This document shows positions 15,026 to 29,160 of a stretch of DNA of 64,000 bases, in pieces. Origin of the DNA: Vicugna vicugna (lineage: Eukaryota). How positions within the stretch are numbered: position 1 is the stretch's first letter; every line of letters begins with the position of its first letter. The notes beneath the pieces were generated by a model. That model ran no database searches, was not told the DNA's origin, and worked only from the letters and a program-made list of their open reading frames with translations. A program made the translations under genes and the position numbers. The stretch covers positions 3,273,967 to 3,337,966 of the forward strand of contig MU058636.1 in NCBI GenBank assembly GCA_013265495.1, in the 5' to 3' direction.

Positions 15026-16268
15026 TTCAATTCAAGCCTGGAATCTGGGAGTCATACCACGGGTCCCTCTCCCAGACCCCAGAAACCATCAGTCATAGTG
15101 TTATCACTTACACGTTATAAACATCTCTCACAAATCCACCCACTTCTACTGGCCAAATAACAAATGCCATTGTCCAGGTCCTTATCGTTTGGCTGGATGG
15201 CTGCAACAGCCTCCTGACCAGATTCCACACCTCCACCCTCTGGGCCCAGCCCCAGCCCTCCTCCACACGGCGGCCGCAGTGCGCTCCCTACCTCTGCAAA
15301 CTGCCCTCCTGCTAAGGATTTATAGGGCTCATCTTGATAAGCAGGTTATACCTACCATTCCAGCTATTTTAAAACCCTCTGAATATCTATTTTATAAAGA
15401 CCTTATTCTTTCTTTTAAACATTGTTTTTAAAGTTATAATAAAGAGGGAATATATGGTAATATGTTCCCCAAATTAGGTAAATCTTTAATGGTCTATACA
15501 AGGTTTTAAGTTGTGAGAAGCAATCAAAATGCCAAGGGTATCCCAAGCCTTTCGTGCAGGTGCAGTTTCTCCTCCCCTTTACCTTTAGGCATATCAAAAG
15601 GGGAAGAGGTACTGAGGCGAGAAAAAGACCTTCCTAGCTAATTCAGAAGGGCAAAGTAAGATCATGCTTGTATTTCACTCCACCAGTCAGAGTAAAGAAA
15701 GGCTCTGCCTATGGCAAAAAAACCTCCAGGCAGCAGCTGTTGGGATGGTTTTTTAATGTGCTAAAATGAAAACACTGGACTTGGGAGGAACTAGTCTGGG
15801 GCAGGCTTTACACTATAAATCACAGAGCAAGTTAGAAAGATACAAACATTCTGATTACATCTGAGAATTACGCCAAGCCTAGATGAAGTCATCAAAATAA
15901 TTAACTTTGAGAAATATGCCAGCTTTTAAAAAGGTATTTATTTGATCACTTATTCTAACTATGTACTATTACTGTTTAATTTGCTTGCTAACTTTTTACT
16001 TACAAAAACAGACATCTAGAAATCTCTTACAGCTCATCTCTAGCTCAGTGCCCCTGAGGGTACAGCGTGGAAGAGGATCGGTTCAGCGCTCAGGCCCTCT
16101 CCGGCCGCACACAGAGGCTGCGCACGAGCGCGCACACCCAAGCCCCGGTAGGTGAGGTGTGTGTAAACCTCCCCAACCTCCACAACCTCTGTTCACAGAC
16201 ACACAAAGACACTACAAGGCCGGCTCTTATTATCATGTAAGCAGCATTGTTACACGTGTATTAGTCTA

Positions 16269-16487
<219 letters not shown>

Positions 16488-16771
16488 TTAAGAACATTGT
16501 TCTAATTTTTACTGTAGCAAATCAATCAGTGAAAAAATATTGCAGTTATAAATTAGGATGTGTTATTCAATTAACAACCCTTGTCAGTAACGTCAACATC
16601 AAATTAACGTGTAAAATGTCTTGGTTATTTCTGAAAGAAGAACCATCCTGCCAATTCTACAAACCCCTATTACGGATGAAATTATAATCAGGAGGTGAAT
16701 GTATAACAAAACAAGCTCATACCAAGCCAACCTGTAACTTGTTTTCTCTGCTACTTTAATTCAAGAATTTA

Positions 16772-16936
<165 letters not shown>

Positions 16937-17239
16937 TCAATAACAAGATAATGTTAATTAGCATCACTGAGCATTCTAAATATTGCTATATAGCCATTTT
17001 CAATGACTTACTGTTTTTTAAAATAGTGTTTTCTGACTACCCAAACACCATCCTCCCCTATTAATGCATCAGAAATAGATGAACTGGCCAACTTTATTAG
17101 AGACCTCAAATTTACACTCTTGAGGGGACAGTTGCATGTAAGACTAAAATGAGCTAGATACCTCTAAATTTGTGGATACAAAGGATTTCCACCACCACCA
17201 GAAAATATTAAGAATATTAATAAAGAAAAAAATCAATTT

Positions 17240-17430
17240 ACTGAGAATCTACTGCATGGCAAAAAAAAAATCTCGTATGTATTACCTCATTTAATACAAC
17301 AACCCTACAAGGCTGGTATTTTTACCCTATTTTTACAGATAAGGAACTGGGACTCAGAAAGGTTAAGTAACCTAAGTTCACAATTATTAAATGTCAGAGT
17401 ACAGATTTTAACTCAGATCTTCCTGACTCC
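17240..17430 (-). mobile_element. MIR SINE
   Basis: 'attttacagataaggaactgggactcagaaaggttaagtaacc'. Confidence 0.7.
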
Positions 17431-20400
17431 CCAAACCCATGCCTTTCCACAGCATCAGATGACCTCAGGCCTGGCTGCGTCAGCTTGAAGCTTAAGAGCA
17501 GGTTATGTACAGCAGAACTATTACTCCCCACCAAACATCTGCGAGAGAGGCTGCAGACGAGGAAGGAGTTGGGCCTCAGAACTGCATCTTACAAAGCCTT
17601 TTCCCTGTCCCTGTAAGGACCAACTCAGGACTCAGGGTTTCTTCCCAGTAAGGTCCTTGGACCCCCATCATAAAGTCAATATAATGACAAAGGTAAAAGG
17701 ACCTTTTAAAATAGTACCATTAGGATAATCAAAGCAATATACTTTACCCCAAATTCTTCATTTAATAGGATAGTGGCTTTAAAAAAGAATTATATGCTAT
17801 TGTTTCTATGGAGTTCTGCCAAGATTTACTCAGCTCTGAAGAGCATTAAATGAAACGTGTTCAGCTGCCAGAGGCAGCTCACCACTGGAATTCCTTCAGC
17901 AGACAGAGCCATGCACCTCCCAGAGCTGCAGCCCCACAGTTACTGCCTAATACAAAAATGGAAGGAAAAATGGGCCAAAAATGAGTCGATTTCCTAAGCT
18001 TCAATCTGAAAAGAGAGAACAGGACGAACCTCTCCTACCACACCTCATCTGAGAAAAACCAGACTCGATCAGACATGCTGAGGGGACGAAATAGCTTGCT
18101 TTGGGCAAATGCTGAAGTTCTTTAAGCCACTAGGTAAGTGACCAAACAGGACTCTGGTGACTTGACCCCCAAAATGAGTAATTTACTGTCTCTGGGTAGC
18201 ATGGCAACAGTATTAGGCTAACTTTTCAGAAAGATTCTTGATTCTTGTATTTCAGATGACAGATCCCAATATTGACACTATTAAAGGAGTAAATTTCTGG
18301 GACACCTACACAACAGAGATAACATCAACACATTCAAAATAAGCTCGGCCTAGCATCACATTTTATAATAAAGACAGGCCAAGGCTAGTCAAATTCAAAC
18401 AAATCACTACGAACACTCCGTAATCATTTTAGAACTCTTCTAGAAATAAACCAACTAAAGAATGAAACAGAAATGGATCCATCTGGGACTTCACAAGCTT
18501 TGATACGGCACTACAATATGAGACTTACCAAAAACTCAGTATTAAAAAATGAAAGTACATCATCTTAATATGAATGTCCAAGTGCTAGGGAGGATTTGAT
18601 AAACACTACCAAGGGAAAGGAAATGCTGTACACTTATCTGAAAGTAAGAGAAATCACAGGATTTTTAAGAACAATAAATACATGACCGTCTATGTCCAGG
18701 ACATTTTATGGTTTTAGATTAGTCAATGAAAAAACATTATGTGCCCTCCTCGAGCATCCAGTCTAGTGAGGGTAACAAGTAAACAAACCCAAAACACAGG
18801 TAATTATAAAATATGAAGTGCGATGAAAAAAACTGAGTGGTCAGTGTGGCTACAAGTTGAGCAAACGGAGTGGGCTGGAGAGACCGTCAGAGGCCAGCTC
18901 ACTGGGCCCCTATAGACCATGGGGAGGAGTTTAGATTTTACTCTAAGCACGTGGGGAAATTTTTGAAATGTGCTAAGCAGAGGAATGACAGGATCTGATT
19001 TACATTTTAAAATGACCCTCCCGTCTGCTATCTGGAAAACAGATGGGCTGGAGGAGACGCAGAAGCAGAGAAACAAGAGCCCGCTGCAGTAGTCAAGGTC
19101 AAGGTCCTCAGTTCACAGACGAGGAAACGTGGGTATACGCCAGTCAAATGACTTGCCCCAGCAGCAAAAGGTTCTCAATGGTAGAGAGGAGACTGGAACA
19201 CAAATTAAATATTCCAAAGAAGATTCTAGAACTTTTTTGAATCAAAATGGTGAGGTTACAGATTTAGGAAACTGAAAATAATTAATTTGGTTATATTGGG
19301 AAATCAACCAAATGGGTGACAATTATCGTTCATCACAAATATTCAGACAAATTAAAACAGGGATATTAGATGTAAGTTAGTAACTGCAGTTTCAGTTAAT
19401 CCACTAGGTTAACTGCAACACCTAAAAGAGGTTTGTTTTCAGGCAATAAAGCTAACCTCACCCCAGATACTATCCACACTGTTTATAGCACTAATACTAG
19501 CTGCAGTATCACTGAAACGGTCCTAGAGGTCTTTGCTTAGATACCCACACTAACTGACTAAGGTCGACACTAACAGAAATTTCATATTTAGCATGAAGGC
19601 TGCTATACTCTTTTTTCTTCTTAAAGCAAAACATTTTAACTTCTTTCTACTAGTATCTAAATTACCCATATCAAGAAAGGTTTATTACTGATCTCTCATT
19701 AGTATTGGCTAGTCATTCTATTTGAGGAAAATGAGGCTACAATAAGTGACTGACTCAGTATTACAAAGTCAAGCAATGACACAACACAACTTGGTCTAAA
19801 ACGCAAATAATGGTTTCTGCATTTTATCGTGTGCATTCGCACCTCGGCAGATTAAGAGGAACATGCTCAGTCACTAGCCCTGGCTCTTACATTTTAAGAG
19901 AAATACTGACAAATAAATTACACTCAAGGAAGGGTGACAAATGGTTCAAAAACCATGTCATATAGAGAAGGGTGAGGGACATCGGCGACATTTAAGCTGA
20001 AGCTAACGGAGCAACACAACCAACTGAACTATTCACCTCCACGTGCTCTATATTACTCCAAAGGAAAGACCCAGGACCAATACACAATAACAAAAGAGGT
20101 CTATTTCAGAGCAACAAAACAAAGAATTTTCTAAAAATGAGTCTGTACAACAAGGGAGTCATCTCTCTTGCTGGGCAGTGAGCTCCCCAACATTAGAATC
20201 ACTGGCTGATTAGTAATGAAAACCACTGGCCCACAGTCACAGGGATGTCTAAGTGGAATTATAGCTGACCTTTGTTCTTTCTGCAAAGCCACTGCCTCTC
20301 ACTTGCCCACTTACTCGTTTCCTGAATTCGACTGCCCCACGGCAAGTGCAGAATTTCTTGGAAATCTCATTGTTTCTCTTTTTTAAAAAAAAATGATCTG

Positions 20401-20459
20401 AATTCTGTGACATTTCTGTGTTAGGTCCCCACTATCATGTTACCTTTATAGCTAACACC

Positions 20460-20660
20460 TGTATACAGCTTACTATGTGCAGCCACTGTTCGAAGTATGT
20501 GACTTAACCATCTTAAAGGTCTTATGAGTTAGGCACTCTTATTATTTCTACCTCATAGATGAGAAAATTGAGGCACAGAGAGGTAAAGTAAGTTGTCCAA
20601 GGACACCCAGCTGGATCCTAGGCAGTCTGGCTCCAAAATCAGTGCTTTTACCCACTTTGT
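20460..20660 (-). mobile_element. MIR SINE
   Basis: 'atagatgagaaaattgaggcacagagaggtaaagtaagttgtccaaggacac'. Confidence 0.75.
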
Positions 20661-21938
20661 ACACTATGCCATAATGCTGCACACTTTGGGCTACGCATAC
20701 CCCAGCGTAAGTGGCAAACGGAGGAAAAATTAGACAAGGTCCCTAAACTGCCTCCCACTCTAAGACTTTATTACTTTACAAGGGAAAGTAGGTTGATAAA
20801 TGCAAAATGCTTACTAATTTCAGTGGCACGTCCTGCATTAGAGTGTTAATACAAAATCAGTTTAAACTGAAATAATGAAACCACAGATTTCTGCTTACTT
20901 ATCAATAAATGTACTCTTGCAATAGTATTTATGAATAATTACTCTGTATCAGGCACTTTTCCAGGCACTAGGAAATAGCAATGTTCCAAACAGACAGAAA
21001 TCCTGCCCTCAGAGGCATGTATTCACCTTAGAGGACACAATACATAAACCAGTGAAACACAGTAAAACATTTAGGGACAGAACAGCAAGTTCGAATGCAA
21101 TAAAATTAAAAATGAAATAGAAGCAAAAACGAACACTATAAATCAGCTGCCATCAGAGAAGGAATTTGTGGAGTGATTAAATATCCAAAGGACAGAACAA
21201 GATATTTCTTAAAAACAAGTCACTGATAACATGAATGCCCAATAAACACATGAAAGAACTTGTTGCCGTATAAGTTATCAGGTATATACACAATACATGG
21301 TAAATATGCTGGTAAAATCATAGTAAGATTCACCAGAGATAGACAATATCAAATGTTGGTAAGGATGTGGAGCAACTAGAACTTTCAGACTCTGCAGGTG
21401 GGAGTGGAAATTGGTACAATCACTTTGGAAGATGACTTGGTGTCATCTACTGAAGTTCACCATATGCATATCCTGTGGCCCATCAATTCGACTCGCAGGT
21501 ATATGCTCACTAGAAAGGCTTGTGCACATACCCAAGGGTAAGTACAAAACTACCCAAGGTAGCAGAACCAATGATAGTTTCAAACTAGCAGCAATCCAAA
21601 AACCCATTAACAGTAAAACAGACTTAACTGTGGTATACAATACTGTGTATTTATGAAAATAAACAAACTTCAGATATACACAACAGCATGGAAGAATTTC
21701 ACTGACATAAGTTAAGCCAAAAAAAGCCAAACAAAAAAGAATACTCACTGTACACAAAGTTTCAAAATAAGTATAACTAATTTATGGTATCAGAAATCAG
21801 AATAGTGGTTACTTTGGGGAAGGAAGTAGCAGGGATCAGAAGGGATCACGACTATGGCGTCTGAGGTGCTAACTGTTCTATTCCTGATCCCTGAATGACA
21901 GTTCCGTGGATTACACGGTATTTACAGAAGTTACAATG

Positions 21939-22832
21939 CAAAGGTGTGCTGAAGCTTACTCTTACTGGTTTGTTAAGGGTCAATTATTAAATTTTCAGGA
22001 ATTTCAAGCCAGCTGTGAAAAACAGCCATTAAGAGACACTAAATTACACAAACTTAGAATAAATTACATTAAAAACAAAAGTAATAATTACTCAAAATTC
22101 CTCACTTCTAAAATAAACTAGTACCTACACACTTGAGGTTACTTAAGTCTGTCATGTCTGTGTGCTAGAAACACTACGGAATGGTACGTTATTATCCATC
22201 TCATCTTGACTCTGAGTTCAGGGACCTCATGTTGGTAGCTTGAAATCAGTCACAGTGGAAGTACTTATACTATAGAAACCAGTAAATGCTACAAATCAGG
22301 GCTTGATTTCTTGTTTTATTAACTGTCTAAACTACAGTAATGGGGAAAATGTTAAACCTAAAGGTGTGTCATTTCTACAGTTGTTACAATGTAAATAGCA
22401 TAAAAAAATTAAGGAAATAATTTTTCAGTATTTGAAAACTATGATCTGATTCACCAAAGTTGCTCAAGTGATTGACAAATGCATGAGGTTCCAACAAATG
22501 TTTCAGTTGTTTCACTTTCATCTGACTCATTAATGAAAACAAAATATATACCAACATCCTGCCAGGGAACTACATTCCTATTCAACTGTCAATTGCAACC
22601 TTAGGTACCTACAGATACAAGAGTTAAGCAAAAATCAGCAAAGGCATTCTGTGAGCGTCCACTTGATCCATAAAATGTACAATAAAGAGTACTGCATATG
22701 TTGCTATTTGTAAATTATATGTAGTGCACCCTTTATATCAGATTTAAAATAAATTTGTGTGTGAATGTGTACACACACACACGCAGGGTTTTCAGAAAAC
22801 TAGTTATTAAACATTTACCAGTACCCTGCTGG
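21939..22832 (+). mobile_element. MER63-like hAT-Blackjack element inserted in an old L1 3' end (about 21240-22900)
   Basis: 'ggtgtgctgaagc...aaattttcaggaattt' start and 'ttaaacatttaccagtaccctgctgg' end. Confidence 0.65.
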
Positions 22833-25800
22833 TTAGATGATTATAATTCATCAAATAGTACCCTTATAGTCTGTGCACTTTCCTTCAATAAAAAGATTTT
22901 TTAAGTTACCGCTCACTTGTATAACCACTGATTAGCAGCATTCAAGAGAATACTCCAACTCAGTTTACAATGACTCTCCATACCAGACATCCCTAAACTT
23001 AGTCATGAGAAGGAAATTGAAAAATGGCCATTTGTTACATGTAATTCAATGAAATGAAGTCCCTTAAGTGTAGTAACTTTAAGTCCATGAAGATGATTTA
23101 CCATATTTTATCTGAATTCTATTCAAAAGCACATACAGCTTTAATCACGAGATCATAAATGGAAGTGCTGCTCATTTCACTAAGAGTTAATTAACCATAA
23201 AGCCAGAGTCTTTAAAAATACTTGAGAATCAGAATTTTATGAATTAAATGTTTTTGGTTATAATAGAAACACATTTATTCTGCTACCTAATATTTTGCTT
23301 TTATACTATGGTTTTAAATAAAAAAATGCGTTTGTTATTTTACATGTATTTCTATACTGACTCTTAGCTTAAATAGTAAAATAATAATATCCAATTTTCT
23401 CAGGTACATTCAGATAAGACTAAAAAACATAGCTGTAGAAGATAATTTATTCATCTGATTCCCTCTTCAATAAGAAAATAATCACCTTGAGGCCAGGAGT
23501 CACCCTTGATTAAAGTTTGCCTTCCTAGTACCTAGAAGTATGACTAACACAAAGCGTGCGCTTAATAAAGGAGCATTAACTAAACGGCGTTAACAAACTG
23601 GCCTCATGATGACTCGGTACCTCAGGGGAAAGAACTGTAAGGCCTGAGTAACAGATCGCTATACAAAGGGACTGTTATTTACTGAAAAGCAGTATTTCTA
23701 AGCTTGGACCTAACTTGAAGCTTGTTAGCAATTTAAAAAAAGAAGAAGAAAGATTTAATCACTCTCAGAAAATGAACTGGTACTTTTAAAAGAAACAGAT
23801 ATTTGTGACGCATTAAAATAAGACAGGAAGCATTTGCAAATAAGAAGCTACAGAGCATAATGATTAGGCGCTCAGGTGTCAGAGTTCAAATCCTACTTCC
23901 ACCACCTACTTGCAGTTATGACTTTCGGGTGTCAATTTCTCCAAATGTAGAACAAGGGAAATAACACTGAGCTCACAGGAATCTGCAGGAACTGGTACAG
24001 CTAAGTGTGCTCAAGGCAGAGTAACATCTGTTGCTACTGCGTTTACTATTGGTTGCTCCTTCATACACTTCACAACACTAAACTAAAATCCAAAGATCCC
24101 GAGAATCTTAAGCAAAATATTTAATTTCTCTTGTCCTCATTTTTTCAAACATCTAAAAAGTTAAGTGCCTGGAGCAGAACAGCAGCTTTCAAACTTCTGA
24201 CCATGACACAAAGTAATAAATCCATTTTAGACCATGAACTAGTGTACACAAACATATAATTATATTAACTAAATTTTTACATATTCATGTAACAAATTGT
24301 TTTTCTCAAAGTGTCCCTTCAATGGACAATGCACTTTGAATTTTCCAGTCTATTTCATTTTATTTTTAAAGCTGGCTACAACCCACAAAATTGATTTTAA
24401 AAAAACCAATAATACTGAGGACTACCATCTCTCTGAGGATGCTTCCCGCTCATTTTCAAATTGCCTTTCAAGGGCAGCGGGTATCACCTGACCTGCCCCC
24501 ACCTTCCCGCAGCCTTCAGCGAGCTCAGGGACCCCAGTGTGCTGCCGAATACCTGAGAGCTTAGGATAATCATAACCAAACCAAGTATACTTTTCAAATT
24601 CTAATGACGTTTACATGAGTTCGGGTTTTTTTTTTAATGGTAGTCCCTTTTGTTCCAGAGTGACTCAGAAAGTATCGTTTATCTTCAAACAACTGCAGAG
24701 TTCTTTTTTTTAATAAACAGCTTACTTTCCAGTGACATTCTGAGTACTTACATGTCAATGAAAGAACAGCTAAGATTTAGAAAATTTGGAAATTTTAAAG
24801 TAAAAGACAATTTACAATATCCAGAAAAATTTATTTGACATTCAACAAATGTGGCCCGATTGTTTTGTTCTTTAAGAATCACATTTAAAAATCGACATTT
24901 ATTTAATTTTTCTGGAACTCTTTTCAAAGCCAATCCAGATTTTTTACCTAGTTTGGCAGGGATACTGCGTAATATGAAAAATACTAAAATAAAGGCAAAA
25001 AAGATCTATGACTTCATAAATTCCATTCCAAGCTCCATTCCCTACTCTATGACCTTGGGTAAGTTACTTTAGCTCTCTCTACCTCAGCTTCTTCATTTGT
25101 AAAAATGCGAACAAAATGACTGCCTACTTCATGGGATTGTTTCATAAATTATTATGTAATCACTCTAAATGGTACGCAGCAAGGAAGCATCCAATAAACC
25201 ATGACCAAGATTCTCCTCTTGTGTTATCTGAACTCAAGGTAAAGACTGAAAGTTCCTCACCTGGCTCTAAAAGTGTGCCTAAAAGCTACAAGCAGAGTGA
25301 GGGGTGCACGTCAGCTGTTAGTTTATTCTCTAAAATGCAAACCATAGTCAGCTACACAAAAATGAAGAACAGAGGGAAAAACAAAGATGATACGTAAAAT
25401 ACAGATTTTGAAGTATCCATTTATGTGGTTTTTGATACTGGGGAGAACCAGTTCAATTTCTTCAGCAGGAAAATTAATTTACTAGTAGCCCTCACTAATC
25501 CCAAAAGGATCTGAGACGGAATCACTTACTGCTTTATGGTGTAATAGCTCCAATAAATTACAAACATAAAAAATCTAATTCATTTTCAGTATTCTAGTGA
25601 GATAGAGGTAGAATATGTCTCTGACTCTAACTCATGACTAGAAATACTCAGAAAATATCAGCTTCCATCCTAAAAAAACCACAAAGTATAGGAAGTTGGT
25701 CTGTGTAGAAAGCTTACCTATTGACTGAAATGATATATAGTAAAAATATTCAAATATAGTATGTAATTTTGAAGAATAACCAATTGCTATTAGTTCTAGC

Positions 25801-26412
25801 TATATTTTCATGACAAGTATCATGGCATAAATGCGATGGCATATCCTGAACCCCTAGCTAGGAAAAGAAAACTTCTTTGTGGCAATTCAATAACATCCTC
25901 ATTCGTGTCTGATATCACAGAGGAAATGGGGAACTCTATCACCAAAAATTTATTTTTGGCTTCTCATTAAAATTAAGGCTAAGAAAAATATCAGGTCATC
26001 TTGGCTTCTTTACAAAATTATTTTCAGCCCATTTTTCTAAAGTCCATTTTAAGGGCAGTACAGGATTTCTACCCAGTATTATGTTTATTCTCTAATCAGT
26101 TTTCCCAATAAAGTAAATGTACATACTAAATCCTAACCAAGGAAAATTTTCTCATTAGGGAAAAAAATTTTGTTCTATCTAAAATTTGCAGATAAATCAA
26201 AGATTTTTAAAATTGTTATCCATGGTGAACCGTATCTATCATTTTATTCTGTGAATACGGTATATTCATCTACTTCTTTATATATTTTTCCCCTACAATT
26301 ATGTTTTCATTTACTGTTCATTTTCATTCAGAATATTTATAAAAAAATTTAAAGTTTTAAAAACTTTATTTTGAATACTTCTACAGAAGATCCGTTTCAC
26401 TTAAGATTTCTC

Positions 26413-26466
26413 TGTGTGTGTGCGCGTGCGCGCGCGCGTGTGTGTGTGTGTGTGTGTGTGTGTGTA
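26413..26466. repeat. Compound (TG)n/(CG)n microsatellite
   Basis: 54 bp of uninterrupted pyrimidine-purine alternation. Confidence 0.95.
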
Positions 26467-26666
26467 TTTTTTAATGTATCTCTGAGGTTACTGACATTGC
26501 AGAATGGCCTTTAAAATGCAAAAACTGCTTAGGTTTTTGATTTAGACTTTTTAAAACAAATCTCTTGCATGTCAAAACCCAGGTCCTCTGAAAAGCCAAC
26601 AAAAATTGTAATATGCACCAGAGGTCATGGCCTTCAAGTGAGTGCGGTACAAAGAGGGCGACTTGC

Positions 26667-26835
26667 CTTGTCGTCTCTCCCTCTCGCTCTGCACTCCTTG
26701 TCCCTACTCGCAGAGGGCCTCTCACTCTTCGATATGGGATGTGCTCGGCCCACAGGTCCCCGGCCTCCTCCTCCGGGCATTTCTTTCCTCAGCGGTCTTA
26801 CTTCCCGATTAGGACGCCTTATCTGAGGTGGAGCT
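26667..26835 (-). CDS. KATNAL1: KATNAL1 coding exon 3 (basic linker), followed by a GC donor
   Basis: Encodes (R)APPQIRRPNREVRPLRKEMPGGGGRGPVGRAHPISKSERPSASRDKECRARGRDDK. Acceptor tttttggtcag|A, donor AAG|gcaagt; 169 nt restores phase 0. Confidence 0.94.
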
Positions 26836-27477
26836 CTGACCAAAAAAAAAAAATTTATAATTAAAATTAATCACAGGCAAAAGTATTTCAGTACAACATT
26901 GTTCCAAAAAATTACTAAGTCAGTAAGCCCACAGGTCAATTTTTTCCCCTTTCGCCAATTCATGGCCACAACTATTAGGTCAGTTTTTCAGAGTGCTTTT
27001 CTGTAAAATACAGTAGTTGATACAAACACTAAATACATATAAATGACACATAAGCAGCAATTATTTTGTCAAAAATAACAATTAATCACCAACAGAGGGC
27101 AACACAGACTATTCCCATCTCATAATCTTAATAGTGTAATAGATAGTCAAGTACTTTATTCATTACTGTCCTAAACCAAGAATAAGCAACCTAAAAAAAA
27201 AAAGCATTAAAAGCTGAAAGGACAAGAATTCGAAATATGTCTATCTGCTTGGCTTACTAATTTATCCTTTAAAACCAAAATGATTTTCTCTGCTTCTGTA
27301 CTGGAAAAACCAGTATTTCATTCATCAAATTGCAAAATGACAGGGCTTAACAATGAAATCTTAATTTATGTGTAAAATTTATGTGCAGAAATATTACTCA
27401 TGCTTTGAGAGTGTCAAAAAATCGCAGGATCATTCAAATTATACAGGCCCCCAAATATGAATTAAGAATTTGGATAA

Positions 27478-27594
27478 CCATACGTGGCGAAGAATGTTAC
27501 TACACTTATGGTGATCATTTCGCAATATATACAAATATTGAATGATTTTGTTGCACATCCAAAACTAATATGTCAATTATACATCAATTTAAAA
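27478..27594 (+). mobile_element. Short L1 3' tail
   Basis: Exact 14-bp TSD AAGAATTTGGATAA at 27464-27477 and 27595-27608. Confidence 0.75.
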
Positions 27595-28669
27595 AAGAAT
27601 TTGGATAAATATACAAATATAATCATGCTCACAAAGTGGCATATTTTGTCATGTAATGTCAAACATGTCTTCTTCAAATAGTGAAATTATGGGGTTTCTC
27701 AGGATTTATTTGCCTCTCTTTGGGTGCTGCGGGAGACGCCAACACTTTGTGTCTAATCTTAGCTCTTCTTTCTAGCGCTGTCTCTGCCTCTGTTTCCCTC
27801 CCTTCACTCTCTCCACAGCTCCGCCTGTATTTGTAAGCCCTTCCCATCTCATACGTGTATTCCTTTTCCATCCATATGCCATATCTGTTATTATCCCTCT
27901 TTCAGCTTCATGATTTTCATTCATCTAACTCATCATAGAATTTCTCTTCCTGGTATCAGAAAAAGTGGCACACGTGTATAACTCAATGAACCCAGAAAAA
28001 CAGGAAAACGGATGAAAAGGCATAAAAGGCTGCAAAGTCAAGGTAAAAAAATGTTACCATATTGCAGCCTCTCCAGACCCCTGGAATCAGACCACTACGT
28101 GAAACTGCTAAGGACAAGCGAGGCTGGTGAAAAGTGTATGTTCACCTACTAGGTTACCGTATGTGGAACATCTGAATCCTTGGAGCCCAGTCCAGTTAAA
28201 CAATTGTTTATTGAACACACACACCCATTAGGAGGCATGGAGCCCCTCCTGCGCTAGGCCCCCGGAGGAGACACAGATGACTAAGCCATCTTATGGGGGA
28301 AAAATCCACAGGAAGGGGACTTGAACATCGTGCACAGTAAAATGGTTACAAGGCATTTTCAAATTTAAAGGTATTACCATGTTTTTGGTTCTAGAGCACT
28401 CTGAGTCTTTCAGGCATTCTGCCAGTAAGATAAAAATGGGATGAGACTGGTAGAGAATAAAAAATAAAAAGTGTTACATTGCTCTACTCCTAGTATTTCA
28501 GTGCAGCTATTGTTTTTTGACTGAACTGTTCTGTTTCGATGAAGGGATGTCAAGCTGTGAAGCAGAACTTCACTTTTATTTACGTACAAATCTGTGTGTA
28601 TATAAATGTCTTTCCTGAATGGGATTCATGGCCAAAGAGAACCAAACACGACCAACAATCTCTTGCACA

Positions 28670-29160
28670 GAACGCGCGTCAAGCCTGCCCTTCTGGGAGC
28701 AGCTGCGCCTGCTATTTAAATAGTCTGTCATTGTTTGCGGTCCTGCCTTTCGGAGGCGCAGCCGGCCTGACGCTTCCGCTCGCCAGGCTGCGGGGCGGCT
28801 GCCGGGCCCCAGGGCGACCTGGGGTGACCGTGGAGCCTCCCTCCTGCCGCTGGGCGGGCCCTCCTCCCCGGCCGGCCGCGCGCCGAGCAGTGAGAGCCCC
28901 GCGGTCCGCTCCGCACTCGCGTCCGGCTCCACGAAGCCGAGTTGTGAGAAGGCTTATTTCAAAGCTGACCACAGCTGCACCCCAAGCGTCCGCTGCTGCT
29001 GCTGACATTGACCCGCCACTCGGTATTCCGCCGGGCTCACAAACGGTGTGAATGAAACTGCCCAGGAAGCCGGATGCGCCATTCGAGGCAAGTCCCCCGT
29101 CTCCTGGAAAGTGGGCCTGCGCTGGGAGAGTCTTCCGTTCCGACTCACTGCGGCTTGCTG
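28670..29160. promoter_or_regulatory. Intronic CpG island of unknown function
   Basis: About 500 bp of GC/CpG-rich sequence, not recognisably repetitive, inside an AT-rich intron. Confidence 0.6.

Noticed and set aside
27089..27101. CTCF-like motif CCAACAGAGGGCA
   Set aside because: Mismatch in the core, and single matches are common; cannot be supported without ChIP data.
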